Assembly: GCA_036676985.1 (NCBI GenBank)
Contig: JAKFBU010000026.1
Span: 257,265-321,264 of the forward strand
DNA from: Candidatus Sericytochromatia bacterium
GTDB taxonomy: Bacteria > Cyanobacteriota > Sericytochromatia > S15B-MN24 > UBA4093
Direction of reading: 5' to 3'
DNA: 64,000 nt
Part shown: piece after piece, positions 47,784-57,864 of the stretch
Numbering within the stretch: the first letter of the stretch is position 1
Layout: each line of letters begins with the position of its first letter
Translations under genes and position numbers: made by a program
The notes under the pieces: generated by a model
Seen by the model: only the letters and a program-made list of their open reading frames with translations
Told to the model about the DNA's origin: nothing
The model's database searches: none

Positions 47784-50693
47784 TTAGTCCTCGTAGAGGT
47801 CCGAGGGGTAGATGAGCACCCGGCGGTTCGGCTCCTCGCCCATGCTCTGGGTGGAGAGCTGGTACTGGCTCGCCAGCTCGTGCTGCAGGCGCCTGAGGTG
47901 CGAGTTGCGGGGCCGGAGCTCCACGCTCGTGCCGCTCGCCAGCGCATGGTCGATGGCCTGGCGCGCCTCGCGCAGGGCCTCGTCCTCCTCGTTGTGAACG
48001 TACTGGACGTCCAGGTGCATGACCTCGCGCAAGCTCTTCTGGATCTGGGCGATCGTGTTGGCCTTGACGATGTAGGTCGGCACCTGCCGGTCCTCGGCGT
48101 CCTGGAGGATGCGCGTGGCGCTCTTCACGTAGGCCTTGAGGATGAGCATGGCATCCGCGTCCGACAGGTTGCGCGTGATCTCGACGGGCATGCGCATGCT
48201 GCGGATCACCCGCTCGAGCTGGCTGCGGCTGACGGCGTACGGGAAGATCCGGATGGTCGCGCCGACCTCGCCCGTGAGGGCCGTGCCCCGGGTCGAGAGG
48301 TCCTCCTGCGGGGCCTGGATCACCTGCACCTCGCCGCGGTCCGTGAGCTGGCGGATCTCGGGGCTCGGCATGTAGCCGCGCAGCATCTGGTCGATCACGT
48401 CGGCCACGTCCTGGTGGACGGCCATGCGATCCCGGTCCTGCAGCTCGATGGCGATATCGAAGGTGGGCGGGGCCTTGCGCTCCAGGATGCTCTTCTGGGT
48501 GCCGCGGCGCCTGGCTTCCTCGTCGGAGAGCGTGACGGTCTGGATGCCGCCGACCAGATCCGAGAGCGTGGGGTTCATCAACAGGTTTTCGAGCGAGTTG
48601 CCGTGCGCCGTCCCGATGAGCTGCACGCCCCGCTCGGCGATGGTGCGGGCGGCGAGCGCCTCCTGCTCGGTGCCGATCTCGTCGATGACGATCACCTCGG
48701 GCATGTGGTTCTCCACGGCCTCGATCATCACGGCGTGCTGGCGCTCGGGGCTGGGCACCTGCATGCGCCGGGCGCGGCCGATGGCCGGGTGCGGGATGTC
48801 GCCGTCGCCCGCGATCTCGTTGGAGGTGTCGATGACGACCACGCGCTTCTTGAGGTCCGTCGAGAGCACCCGCGCCAGCTCGCGCAGCTTGGTGGTGTTG
48901 TGGTTGACTAGTCCGTTGCCGCAAAATGTGTGGGAGCCTGGAACCGTAAAATCGTAAACCGGAGCCTCACCCGTTCCGATCGACACGACCGGATCGAAAT
49001 AGAACCTCGCTTCAGAGATGGCCCTGAGTTGAAGATGGATGGGGGATTCCCGAAGTTCGGCCGTTTCCTGGATGATGCGGTCGAGTGTGGCGTAGCTCGG
49101 ATCCTGAGCGGTACGGGTGTATTTGCTCAGCATGGGATGGGCGCGTCCCCGAACCGCGGTCAAGATCGGCATCGGTCGCTTGCCCGAAATCAGCGTTCGC
49201 TCTTGTCCCTGGCTCAAGGCCAGTTGCGCTCGCAGGGCGCGCAAGGCCTCTCCTAGGTGAGGGACGACGTCGTAATTGGGATTGCGCTCGATAGACGCAA
49301 TTTCGGCGAGCAGGTTGCGCTTGCGCTGTGAGACAAAGCCGATCTCGCGCGCGAAGATCGCGACATTATCCCCCTTGATGCTCAGGTAGTAGTAGTCCCG
49401 ATCATAGCGTGCGTTACGCCGCACGCGGAGCTTGGACACGATGCCGAAGTTGAGGAGCAAGACATGAAGCTGTCGCAGCAGCACCCCCGAGGCCGAGGCG
49501 ACCTCGATGCCATACCCACGACCGATGCTGCCTTCCCCCTCGTAGTAGCCCCGGATGAACTCCGCGACGATGGCCTTGGGCGCGGACAGGATACAGTCCG
49601 GGATCCGCTTTTGCGCGGCACGAACGTAATCGATCCCGAGGACCTCAAGGAAGGCACGATGCTTGCGGCCCTCGATGCTGTAATCCCGGCCATTCCAGTG
49701 CGATCGCCGGACCTTCGGCATTAGCTTCAAGCCGAACAACTGCTCGACGAGCATGGCCATGTCCGCCACGACGTCGCTATCTTCCTGGCAGAAGCCGGTG
49801 GTGTATCGATACGTCGTGGTGCCCTCGGCCACGATATAGCCGAGGTAGCGCGCTAACTCACCGGTGAGCTCGGAAGGTACAGGGGTGTCCTTGGCGTTGG
49901 TGCGCTGCCGGAACTCGAAGCCGGGCAGGCTAGTGGTGGAGCCGAACAGGCCCTGCCCTCGCTGGATGGCCAGGAAGTCGCCGGGCGCGATGTCGGCCAG
50001 CCGCTTGAAGACCGGCACGCCTTCCGGTCCCATTATAAGAACTGGGTGATTGCCTGTCCCTTCCAACTCATACCCCATGCGGGAGGAGACCTTGAAAGTC
50101 GGCCGCACGCCGTCGTAGTAAAACTGTGCGGTCCGTTCCACGCCGTTGACGGTGGCCAGCCCCATGTCGAGAGGATAGAAAGTCTCAGGCTCGGGACTGG
50201 CGGGGGCAAAGTCGGAGATCGGACGCATGCCCAGCTCCGTGAAGATCCAGGTGTCCCCGACCACGCACTTCCCCACGCCGGGGCGACCCATGAGGAGGAT
50301 GGAGCGGCCGCTCTCGGCCAGGTCGCGCATGATGTCGATGGTGCCCACCACCGCGCGGCCCACCCGGCAGGTCAGGCCGATGACGGCGCCCTGGCGGTTG
50401 CGGATGCAGGAGATGCGGTGCAGCGTACGCTCGATGCCCGCGCGGTTGTCGCCGGAGAACGCGCCGATGCGCGACACCACGTGGTCCAGGTCCTCCCGGG
50501 TGATCGGCGCGTCGCCAAGATCGAGCCCGCCTTCAGGCAGGCGGGCTTCAGGGATGCGGCCCAGGTCGAGGACCACCTCGATCAGCGTTTCCAGCTCGGG
50601 CAGCGCCCGCAGGTGGTCGGCGATCCGGGGGGGCAGGATCTCGATCAGCTGCCCCAGGTTGTCGGTGATGTTCTCTTCGCGGTGGACCGCCAT
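47784..50693 (-). CDS. ycf45: Ycf45/SpoIIIAA-like AAA ATPase with R3H domain, intein-containing
   Basis: LDLGR, ERTLHRIS, GRPGVGK//TT, DTSNEIAGDGD, DEIG, GTAHG, RRLQH. Confidence 0.92.
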   Translation of the reverse strand: MAVHREENITDNLGQLIEILPPRIADHLRALPELETLIEVVLDLGRIPEARLPEGGLDLGDAPITREDLDHVVSRIGAFSGDNRAGIERTLHRISCIRNRQGAVIGLTCRVGRAVVGTIDIMRDLAESGRSILLMGRPGVGKCVVGDTWIFTELGMRPISDFAPASPEPETFYPLDMGLATVNGVERTAQFYYDGVRPTFKVSSRMGYELEGTGNHPVLIMGPEGVPVFKRLADIAPGDFLAIQRGQGLFGSTTSLPGFEFRQRTNAKDTPVPSELTGELARYLGYIVAEGTTTYRYTTGFCQEDSDVVADMAMLVEQLFGLKLMPKVRRSHWNGRDYSIEGRKHRAFLEVLGIDYVRAAQKRIPDCILSAPKAIVAEFIRGYYEGEGSIGRGYGIEVASASGVLLRQLHVLLLNFGIVSKLRVRRNARYDRDYYYLSIKGDNVAIFAREIGFVSQRKRNLLAEIASIERNPNYDVVPHLGEALRALRAQLALSQGQERTLISGKRPMPILTAVRGRAHPMLSKYTRTAQDPSYATLDRIIQETAELRESPIHLQLRAISEARFYFDPVVSIGTGEAPVYDFTVPGSHTFCGNGLVNHNTTKLRELARVLSTDLKKRVVVIDTSNEIAGDGDIPHPAIGRARRMQVPSPERQHAVMIEAVENHMPEVIVIDEIGTEQEALAARTIAERGVQLIGTAHGNSLENLLMNPTLSDLVGGIQTVTLSDEEARRRGTQKSILERKAPPTFDIAIELQDRDRMAVHQDVADVIDQMLRGYMPSPEIRQLTDRGEVQVIQAPQEDLSTRGTALTGEVGATIRIFPYAVSRSQLERVIRSMRMPVEITRNLSDADAMLILKAYVKSATRILQDAEDRQVPTYIVKANTIAQIQKSLREVMHLDVQYVHNEEDEALREARQAIDHALASGTSVELRPRNSHLRRLQHELASQYQLSTQSMGEEPNRRVLIYPSDLYED
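48897..50267 (-). mobile_element. 457-aa intein with LAGLIDADG homing endonuclease
   Basis: Starts CVVGDT, TGNHP block B, YLGYIVAEG and FIRGYYEGEG, ends VYDFTV..HN/T; lower GC than exteins. Confidence 0.93.
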
Positions 50694-51715
50694 TCAACAC
50701 CCTCCTCACCGGCATGCACCGATCGCACCAGGGCTTTCGCCCGCTCCACGTCCTCCACCAGCACCGCATCCAGGGGCGCGCCGGGATCCCTGGCTTGCAA
50801 GGTCCGCTGCGCCTCGGATTTGCCCTGGATTATACACCGCGCGAAGCTGCCGATGCCAACTCCTGCGATGGGAACGCCCCGCTCCGAGGCCACCACGCCG
50901 GTGTGGTCGTTGGCGCCGCCCGCCGGCTGCACCGCCGCCGTCACCCCCGCCTCCATGAGGGCCTGGGAGAAGGCGATCGCCGGCAGCGTCGACTCGCGCC
51001 CCGACGTCCCGCTGATGGGCTTTCCGTCCGCTTGCACGACGATCCGCACGCCCGGGAACCACCCCGCGACCTCCTGGGCGAGCTCGCTGGCTGCCGCCAC
51101 CGTCATCTGCACCGCGTTGAGGCTCACGGAGAACAGGCCGCCCCGCGCGACCCAGTCCTGGCAGCTCGCCTTCCAGGCCACCAGCTCCGCCATGTCGCCC
51201 GAGCCCGTGTGCAGCTCCAGGGCGCGCGCCCCGGCCTCCCAGAGCTGCGCCAGGGACGGGTTGAAGGGCACGTGCTCCATCCGGATCGCCTCGTAGGGAC
51301 AGGCGGGCACGCAGAGGTCGCAGCCCACGCACTGGTCGGCGAGGATGTGGAAGCCCGCGTCGATGGCCCCGTGCGGGCAGGCGTCCCGGCAGTGCGGGCA
51401 GACCCAGCTGCAGCGCTCCTCGATTTTGACGGCCAGGCGGCAGTGCGGGTCGTCGCCGGCCGTCACCGAGACCATGACGAGGGGCTCGGCCAGGTCGGGA
51501 AAGTGCCCCGCGCGGGCGCGGGCGTCCTGGATGCCCGCCAGGGCCGCCGCGACGGCCTCGGGGGTCGCGGCCACGTCGATCATGTCCCCGCCCGCGAGCG
51601 TGTACACCCCCGCCAGATACCGGAGCTGGGCGTAGTCCGTGAAGTTGGCGCCGCAGATCAGCTTGAAGTAGCGGCCGCCGGCAAGCAGGGGGTGGACGGT
51701 CTGGGGTGCGAGCAT
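50645..51715 (-). CDS. ldpA: LdpA-like 4Fe-4S protein
   Basis: FKLICGA, DPHCRLA, CxxCxxCxxxCP clusters, ELHT, QADGKPISG, AGG.N; adjacent to ycf45. Confidence 0.85.
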   Translation of the reverse strand: MLAPQTVHPLLAGGRYFKLICGANFTDYAQLRYLAGVYTLAGGDMIDVAATPEAVAAALAGIQDARARAGHFPDLAEPLVMVSVTAGDDPHCRLAVKIEERCSWVCPHCRDACPHGAIDAGFHILADQCVGCDLCVPACPYEAIRMEHVPFNPSLAQLWEAGARALELHTGSGDMAELVAWKASCQDWVARGGLFSVSLNAVQMTVAAASELAQEVAGWFPGVRIVVQADGKPISGTSGRESTLPAIAFSQALMEAGVTAAVQPAGGANDHTGVVASERGVPIAGVGIGSFARCIIQGKSEAQRTLQARDPGAPLDAVLVEDVERAKALVRSVHAGEEGVEWRSTAKRTSPTTWGS

Positions 51716-53118
51716 ACCTGGATCGTTTCGAGCGTGGGGTCCTCCGGGCCGACGAACGAGGCGCCGAGCGCCCGGAGCGCATTCAGGTATTCTAGCACCT
51801 CTACGGTGATACGCTCACCGGGCACGAGCGCCGGGATGCCCGGCGGATAGGGGCATATCAGCTCGCTCGCCACCTCGCCGACAGCGGCCTCCAGGCGGAC
51901 GGTGCGGCTCCGACCCAGAAACGCCTCCCGCGGCAGGAGCGCGAGCTCGGGCGGTGCGGGCGGCCGCGGCAGCGCGTCCTGCGGTCGGCCGGGGCGCGCG
52001 ACGGCCGCCACGAGCCCGGCGACGAGCCGGTCCAGGTCGCGCTCGGTGTTGCCCGGCGAGACCAGCGCGCCCACGTAGCGCGGGGTCGCGATCTCGACCT
52101 GGATGAGGTCCTGGTGCAGGGCCTCGGCCACCTCGTAGCCGTCGTGGCCCGTGCCCGCGAGGTCCACCACGAGTTTCGCCGGATCCCACGCGGCCCGGGG
52201 GCCATGGTCGGGGCCCAGGCAGACGAGCCCATGGTCGGTGAGCTGGCGCCTTGCGGCTGCGACCAGGTCCAGGACCTCCGCCCAGAGCCTGGCGCCGTTC
52301 GCCTCGTGGTGGGCGCGGGCGGCGTCCAGGGAGGCCAGTAGCACGAAGGACGGGCTCGTCGTCTGCAGGAGGCGCAGGAGCTTGCGGAGCTGGCGCGCGT
52401 CGAGGCGATCGCCCCGCAAGTGCAGCATGGAGGCCTGGGTCATGGCCGAGAGCAGCTTGTGGGTGGATTGCACGACGGCATCCGCCCCGAGGGAGAGGGC
52501 GCTTGCGGGCAGGCGCGGGTCCATGCCCAGGTGGGCGCCGTGGGCCTCGTCGACCAGAAGCAGGCGATCGTGCTCCCGGCAGACGGCGGCGAGGGCCGCA
52601 AGGTCCGTGGCCCGCCCGAAGTAGTCGGGCCGCGTCACGAGCGCGGCCTTGACGGAGGGATCCCGGAAGGCCGCCCGCAGGCCCTCGGGCGTCGGGTCCT
52701 GGGGCAGCTGCCAGGCGGCGTCGTCGCCCGACCCGAGGAAGACCGGCCGCGCGCCCGAAAGCAGGATGCCGCCCAGGGCCGAGAGGTGGCAGGAGCGCGA
52801 GAGGGCGATCGCCTCGCCCGGCGCGCATGCGGCCATCACCATGGCATGCAGGCCCACGGTGGAGCCGTTCACGAGGAAGAAGGTCTCATCGGCCCCGAAG
52901 GCCCTTGCCGCGAGCGCCTGGGCCTCGGCGACGGCGCCTTCGGGCGCATGCAGGTTGTCCGTCTCGTCGAGCTCCGTCAGATCGAGGGCGAGGCCCCGCC
53001 CCATGAGCGCGGCGAACGCCGGCAGCGCCCCGCGCCCGTGCTTGTGGCCCGGCATGTGGAAGGGGGCCCAGTCGCGATCGTGGTAGCGGGCGAGGGCATG
53101 GAGCAGTGGGGTGTTCAG
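51658..53118 (-). CDS. Orn/Lys/Arg decarboxylase (PLP), probable CTG start
   Basis: NTPLLHAL..FHMPGHK, NGST, DEAHG, STHK, TTSPS, YPPGIP. Confidence 0.88.
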   Translation of the reverse strand: MNTPLLHALARYHDRDWAPFHMPGHKHGRGALPAFAALMGRGLALDLTELDETDNLHAPEGAVAEAQALAARAFGADETFFLVNGSTVGLHAMVMAACAPGEAIALSRSCHLSALGGILLSGARPVFLGSGDDAAWQLPQDPTPEGLRAAFRDPSVKAALVTRPDYFGRATDLAALAAVCREHDRLLLVDEAHGAHLGMDPRLPASALSLGADAVVQSTHKLLSAMTQASMLHLRGDRLDARQLRKLLRLLQTTSPSFVLLASLDAARAHHEANGARLWAEVLDLVAAARRQLTDHGLVCLGPDHGPRAAWDPAKLVVDLAGTGHDGYEVAEALHQDLIQVEIATPRYVGALVSPGNTERDLDRLVAGLVAAVARPGRPQDALPRPPAPPELALLPREAFLGRSRTVRLEAAVGEVASELICPYPPGIPALVPGERITVEVLEYLNALRALGASFVGPEDPTLETIQVCSHPRPSTPCLPAAATSS

Positions 53119-54470
53119 CCTTGGATTTCCCCGTCGACGAAGGTGTAGGTCTTGGCGTACTGCTTGGTCGTGAGGCGCTGACTGCGCGTGCCGTCCATGG
53201 TCGAGAAGTGGATGACCACTCCCGGGAACGCCTCGCCCTTGATGAGCACCCTGGGGGGGACGAGGGCGTCCTGACGCTCGGTGAGCTCCTTGAGCTGGGT
53301 CTTGAGCTGGGCGAGCCGGATGTTCATGTTGACCTTGACGGGCATGAGCTTCTGGAGGCTCACGTTGCCCTCTTCGGCCCGCTGCTTGCTCATGAGCTGG
53401 TTGATCAGGGTGGCGATGCCCTCGAGGTCGCCCTCCAGGCTGGAGATGTCGTCCTTGAGCTTCTCGATCTCGTCCTTGGAGCCGTCCTGGACCAGCTCGA
53501 TGCGGGTCGGGGCCTCGGCCTGGGAGCCCGCGTCCAGGAGCTGGACGAGCTCCGCGGCCCGTGCGGTGCCGCCGATCAGGTGCTGGTCCACCTGGATCTT
53601 GTGGCGCGAGGTCAGGGTGCAGTTGAGGGCATCCCCCTTGACCCACAGCTCGTTGCCGGCCGACAGCGTGCTGTTGGAGTCGCAGAAGCGCACGACGATG
53701 TCCTTGAGGGCGTGGATCTGGGCTCCCGAGCGCGCGCCGCCCCGGATGCGGATGGTGCCCCCCGACTCGATGACGGCGTTTTCGACGTTGCCCTCCACCG
53801 AGACGTCCTCGGTGGCCTTGACCGAGAAGCCGGGGTTGACGTTGCCGCGGATGAGCACGGAGCCCTGGAAGTTGATGTTGCCGACCGAGAAGTCCACGTC
53901 GTTGACCTGGAACACCGGCAGGACCGCGACCCGGTTGCGGACGAGCTTGGGGATGCCCATCACCGTCGCCATGGCCTCGAGCTTGTTGGCGGAGAGCTCG
54001 ACGTTCCTGCCGGCCAAAAGGTGGACGTCCTTGCCGGGCACGGGCGGGATGGGCTCGCCGTTGACGGCCCGGCCGGGAAGGCCCGCCGTCGCGGGCGTCT
54101 TCTTGGCCAGGAGCTGGCCGGGCGTCACGTTCTGGATGACGCTGACCTCGCGGTAGTCCGCGCGTCCCTCCTCGTCGACGAGCGGCTTGGCGCCCGGCAC
54201 GTCCGCGAGGAAGAAGTAGTCGATCCGCGCCGGCTCGCCGTTGATGGGCGGCTGCCCTCGGGCGATGAGGACCTCCTCGTCCGGCGGGAACTCCGCCAGG
54301 GTCGCGAGGACCTCCTCGTCGATGCCCTCCTTTACCCCGTGGTGCGCGAGCGCCAGGCGGATCTCCTCGGGGGCGACGGGCATCGGCGGCACCACCCGCG
54401 CCCACGCCTCGAGGCCACGCTGCGCCAGCGTGACCTTGATGGTGGTGTGGGACAGGCTGGTCGTTTCCAT
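53115..54470 (-). CDS. DUF342/FapA flagellar assembly protein
   Basis: HGVKEGID, ARGQPPINGE, DYRE, DVDFSVGNINF, C-terminal coiled coil. Confidence 0.88.
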   Translation of the reverse strand: METTSLSHTTIKVTLAQRGLEAWARVVPPMPVAPEEIRLALAHHGVKEGIDEEVLATLAEFPPDEEVLIARGQPPINGEPARIDYFFLADVPGAKPLVDEEGRADYREVSVIQNVTPGQLLAKKTPATAGLPGRAVNGEPIPPVPGKDVHLLAGRNVELSANKLEAMATVMGIPKLVRNRVAVLPVFQVNDVDFSVGNINFQGSVLIRGNVNPGFSVKATEDVSVEGNVENAVIESGGTIRIRGGARSGAQIHALKDIVVRFCDSNSTLSAGNELWVKGDALNCTLTSRHKIQVDQHLIGGTARAAELVQLLDAGSQAEAPTRIELVQDGSKDEIEKLKDDISSLEGDLEGIATLINQLMSKQRAEEGNVSLQKLMPVKVNMNIRLAQLKTQLKELTERQDALVPPRVLIKGEAFPGVVIHFSTMDGTRSQRLTTKQYAKTYTFVDGEIQG

Positions 54471-54613
54471 GCGGTCGAGACCTACGGCTTACGTGTAAAC
54501 GATCGAATCGCTGACCGATTAAGCGGCCTTCATCATTATAACTAAAGTTATGATTCCCGGAGGGGCGACTCCCAATTCTTCACGTTCGCTTCGACCATGG
54601 AAACGGCCCAAAC

Positions 54614-56296
54614 CTACATGCGCTCGGGCGCTCCCACTCCGAGGATGCCTTCGAGGGCGTTGGCGAGCGTGATCCGGCTGGCGATCGCCAGAGCGAGGCG
54701 CGCCCGGGTGAGCTCGGGCTCCGAGGCGTTGAGGACCCGGCAGTTGGTGTAGAACTGGTGGAAGTCCGCCGCCAGGTCCTGGGCGTAGCGCGCGATCCGG
54801 TGCGGCTCGCGGGCGGTGGCCGCCTTGGCGATCTCGTCCGGGTAGCTCGCCAGGCGCAGCATCAAGGAGCGCTCGTCGGGATGCTCGAGCAGCTTGAGGT
54901 CCGCAGCCGCGAGGTCGTCGAGCTTGAAGCCCGCCTCCTCGGCGTTGCGGAGGATCGACGCGATGCGCGCGTGGGCGTACTGGACGTAGAAGACCGGGTT
55001 GTCCGAGGTCTCCTGCTTGGCGAGCTCCAGGTCGAAGTCCACCGGCGTGTCCGCGCTGCGCATGACCAGGAAGTAGCGGGTGGCGTCCGGGCCCACCTCG
55101 TCGATGACCTCGTCGAGCGTGACCATCTCGCCGGTGCGCTTGGACATGCGCACGGGCTCGCCGCCCCGGTACAGGGACACGAGCTGGCCGATGATGACCT
55201 CCAGGGTGTCGGCGTCGTAGCCGAGCGACTGGACGACGGCCTTGAGCCGCATGACGTAGCCGTGGTGGTCGGCGCCCAGGATGTTCAGGAGCTTGTCGTG
55301 GCCCCGGCGCAGCTTGTCCCAGTGGTAGGCGATGTCGGCCGCCAGGTAGGTCGGCATGCCGTTCTCGCGGATGACCACGCGGTCCTTGTCGTCGCCGAAG
55401 TCGGTGGACTTGAGCCACAGGGCTCCGTCCTGCTCGTAGAGGTGGCCCTTCTCGCGCAGCACGTCGACGGCCTTCTGGATGGCGCCTTCGGCGTGCAGGG
55501 TGCTCTCCGGGAACCAGCGGTCGAAGCGCACGCGGATCCGCTCGAGCGTCTCTCTCTGGGCCGCGAGGAAGTACTGCTTGGCGAACTCCGTGAGCCGCGC
55601 GATCTTGGCCGTCTCGTCGAGGCCTTCCAGCTCGCCTGCGATCTCGGCCTTGGCGCGCTCGGCCACGTCCAGGATGGTGCTGCCGCCGTAGAACTCCTTG
55701 CCGGCCTCACCCTCGGGGATGGGGCGGCCCTCCATGCGGTAGAGCACCGAGCGGCCCAGGTTCTGCATCTGGTTGCCGGCGTCGTTGATGTAGAATTCCT
55801 GGTGCATGACGTAGCCCGCGGCCGTCATGAGGTTCGAGAGCGTGCTGCCGAGGGCCGCCCAGCGGCCGTGGCCCACGTGCAGGGGGCCCGTCGGGTTCGC
55901 CGAGACGTACTCCAGGAGCACCTTCTCGCCCTGGCCCACCGAGACCTGGCCATAGGTCTTGCCGGCCGCGAGGATGTGGCGCACGTTGCCCTGCAGCCAG
56001 CCGGCGTCCAGCGTCACGTTGATGAAGCCCGGGTTCGCGATCTCGACCTTGGCCAGGAGGCCGTCGATGGGCAGGCGGTCGACGATGGCCGAGGCGATCG
56101 CCGCCGGCGCCTTCTTGGCGGGCTTGGCGAGCGTCATGGCGACGTTGGTCGCGAAGTCGCCGAACTTGGGGTCGCGCGTCTTCTCGATGAACGGGGTCGC
56201 GACGGCCTCGGGGGGCAGGGCGCCTTCGGAGACGGCCTGCTCGAGGGCGGACTGGACGGCGCTCGCGATGAGCTGTCGGGCCGTGGGATTAGCCAT
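54614..56296 (-). CDS. argS: arginine-tRNA ligase
   Basis: SANPTGPLHVGH, GADHHGY, MSKR, YVQYAHAR. Confidence 0.98.
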   Translation of the reverse strand: MANPTARQLIASAVQSALEQAVSEGALPPEAVATPFIEKTRDPKFGDFATNVAMTLAKPAKKAPAAIASAIVDRLPIDGLLAKVEIANPGFINVTLDAGWLQGNVRHILAAGKTYGQVSVGQGEKVLLEYVSANPTGPLHVGHGRWAALGSTLSNLMTAAGYVMHQEFYINDAGNQMQNLGRSVLYRMEGRPIPEGEAGKEFYGGSTILDVAERAKAEIAGELEGLDETAKIARLTEFAKQYFLAAQRETLERIRVRFDRWFPESTLHAEGAIQKAVDVLREKGHLYEQDGALWLKSTDFGDDKDRVVIRENGMPTYLAADIAYHWDKLRRGHDKLLNILGADHHGYVMRLKAVVQSLGYDADTLEVIIGQLVSLYRGGEPVRMSKRTGEMVTLDEVIDEVGPDATRYFLVMRSADTPVDFDLELAKQETSDNPVFYVQYAHARIASILRNAEEAGFKLDDLAAADLKLLEHPDERSLMLRLASYPDEIAKAATAREPHRIARYAQDLAADFHQFYTNCRVLNASEPELTRARLALAIASRITLANALEGILGVGAPERM

Positions 56297-56714
56297 GGGC
56301 GGTGTCCTCTTGGATCGTCAGGTGGATGATGAGCGTGAAGTTGCCGATGAGCTCGGGCCCGGAGAACAGGGAGTACTCCATCTGGAGCTCCTGGCCGTCG
56401 TCGGTCTGGCTGGAGGTCAGGCGCTTGGTGTAGGTCATCAGGGGCAGGTAGCTGCCCTGGAGGGTGATGTCCGACTCCAGGCTCTCACCCAGCCGGAAGA
56501 CCTGCCACCCCTGGAGGTCGGTGCCGCGCCTGAACAGGCGCCACTCGCGCGGATCCCACTTGAGGGTGGTCTGCACGCCGTCCTCCTGGTAGACCAGGTA
56601 GTCCGACGGGCCCTGCCGGTACCAGGTCCCGTCGTATTGGTTCTCGGTTCGTTGTTCCTGGCCCTCGGCATCGAGCTGGCAGCTCTGCAGGCGGACCTTG
56701 ACGTGGTGTTTCAT
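56289..56714 (-). CDS. DUF1934 (YwiB-like) beta-barrel protein
   Basis: GTWY..YLVYQE..TTLK pattern; typical position upstream of argS. Confidence 0.7.
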   Translation of the reverse strand: MKHHVKVRLQSCQLDAEGQEQRTENQYDGTWYRQGPSDYLVYQEDGVQTTLKWDPREWRLFRRGTDLQGWQVFRLGESLESDITLQGSYLPLMTYTKRLTSSQTDDGQELQMEYSLFSGPELIGNFTLIIHLTIQEDTAHG

Positions 56715-56720
56715 GGCATC

Positions 56721-57188
56721 CTATGCCTTGTGGTAGGGCTCGCCCCGGCGCAGGGTCTCGCACCGGTAGAGCTGCTCGACGAGCACCAGGCGCGCGAGCT
56801 GATAGGGAAAGGTCAACGGAGACAAGGAGAGCTCCCAGGCCGCGCCCCTGACGAACTCGGGATCGAGCCCCTGGGGGCCGCCGAGCACGAAGCTCAGGTG
56901 GCTCGCGCCCTGGCCCTCGAACTGCGCGAGCTTGGCCGCAAGCTCCGCGGTCGTCACGCGCGCGCCGCGCTCGGTCAGGGCGATCCGCAGGCCCGGCGGG
57001 CAGGCGCTTTCGATCCGCTCGGCCTCCCGGCGCATCACCTGGGCCTCGCGGCCGGGCACCAGCTTCTCCTCGGGCACCTCGTGGAGCGCGATCGCCCGGT
57101 AGTGCTTGAGGCGGCCCAGGTAGTCGGCGATCGCGTCGCGGTAATAGGCTTCCTTGACTTTTCCGACCGCAACGATCGACCACTTCAC
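56721..57188 (-). CDS. rlmH: 23S rRNA pseudouridine1915 methyltransferase
   Basis: AVGK, GGPQG, LSPLTFP, EQLYR, PYHK. Confidence 0.95.
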   Translation of the reverse strand: MKWSIVAVGKVKEAYYRDAIADYLGRLKHYRAIALHEVPEEKLVPGREAQVMRREAERIESACPPGLRIALTERGARVTTAELAAKLAQFEGQGASHLSFVLGGPQGLDPEFVRGAAWELSLSPLTFPYQLARLVLVEQLYRCETLRRGEPYHKA

Positions 57189-57363
57189 CCTGGAAACACC
57201 CGTCCTTACTCACCGTGAGCCAGACCCACCAATTTAACGCGATTGTTAAGGGACGTCAAGAAAGCGGAAGAGCGGGCCTTCGGGCGTGGCCGAGCCCGCG
57301 GGCGGATGGTACAATGACCGTCGCTTGCCCCGTCGGGCCGTCCCGTTTTTCCGGAGAGTTCCC

Positions 57364-57855
57364 ATGTCCAAAGAAGCTTCGTTCGATATCGTCTCGAAGG
57401 TCGATATGGCCGCCCTGACCGACGCCGTGCACCAGGCCAACAAGGAGATCGAGAGCCGCTTCGATCTCAAGGGCACCGGCTGCGAGCTCGCGCTCGACAA
57501 GGAGAACATCTCCGCCAAGGCCCCCGACGAGATGAAGCTCCGCAACATCCTCGACCTGCTCGAGGGCCGCATGATCAAGCGCGGGATCTCGATCAAGGCC
57601 CTGGAGCGGGGCAAGGTCGAGAGCGCGCTCGCGGGCACGGTCAAGCAGGAGATCAAGGTCCTGCAGGGCATCGACAAGGAGCGCGCCAAGAAGATCACGG
57701 GCCTCATCAAGGACACCAAGCTCAAGGTCCAGGCCCAGATCCAGGAGGACCAGATCCGCGTCACCGGCAAGAGCAAGGACGACCTGCAGGCCGTCATGAA
57801 CACGCTGCGAAACGCGGACCTGGACATCGACCTCCAGTTCACCAACTACCGCTAG
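57364..57855 (+). CDS. yajQ: YajQ family nucleotide-binding protein
   Basis: SFDIVSKVD, RFDLKG, RVTGKSKDDLQ, FTNYR. Confidence 0.96.
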   Translation: MSKEASFDIVSKVDMAALTDAVHQANKEIESRFDLKGTGCELALDKENISAKAPDEMKLRNILDLLEGRMIKRGISIKALERGKVESALAGTVKQEIKVLQGIDKERAKKITGLIKDTKLKVQAQIQEDQIRVTGKSKDDLQAVMNTLRNADLDIDLQFTNYR

Positions 57856-57864
57856 GAGATTCCC

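Noticed and set aside
46564-48924. 786-aa ORF as a single protein
   Set aside because: The N-half is an off-frame shadow of ycf45; the real start is 47715 with RBS and lipobox
51658-54405. 915-aa FapA-decarboxylase fusion
   Set aside because: The upstream part is an off-frame shadow of the DUF342 gene, which has its own stop at 53115
57234-57249. TTAA-N8-TTAA between rlmH and yajQ as part of the N7 motif set
   Set aside because: Spacing is 8 and the site is palindromic; a single instance
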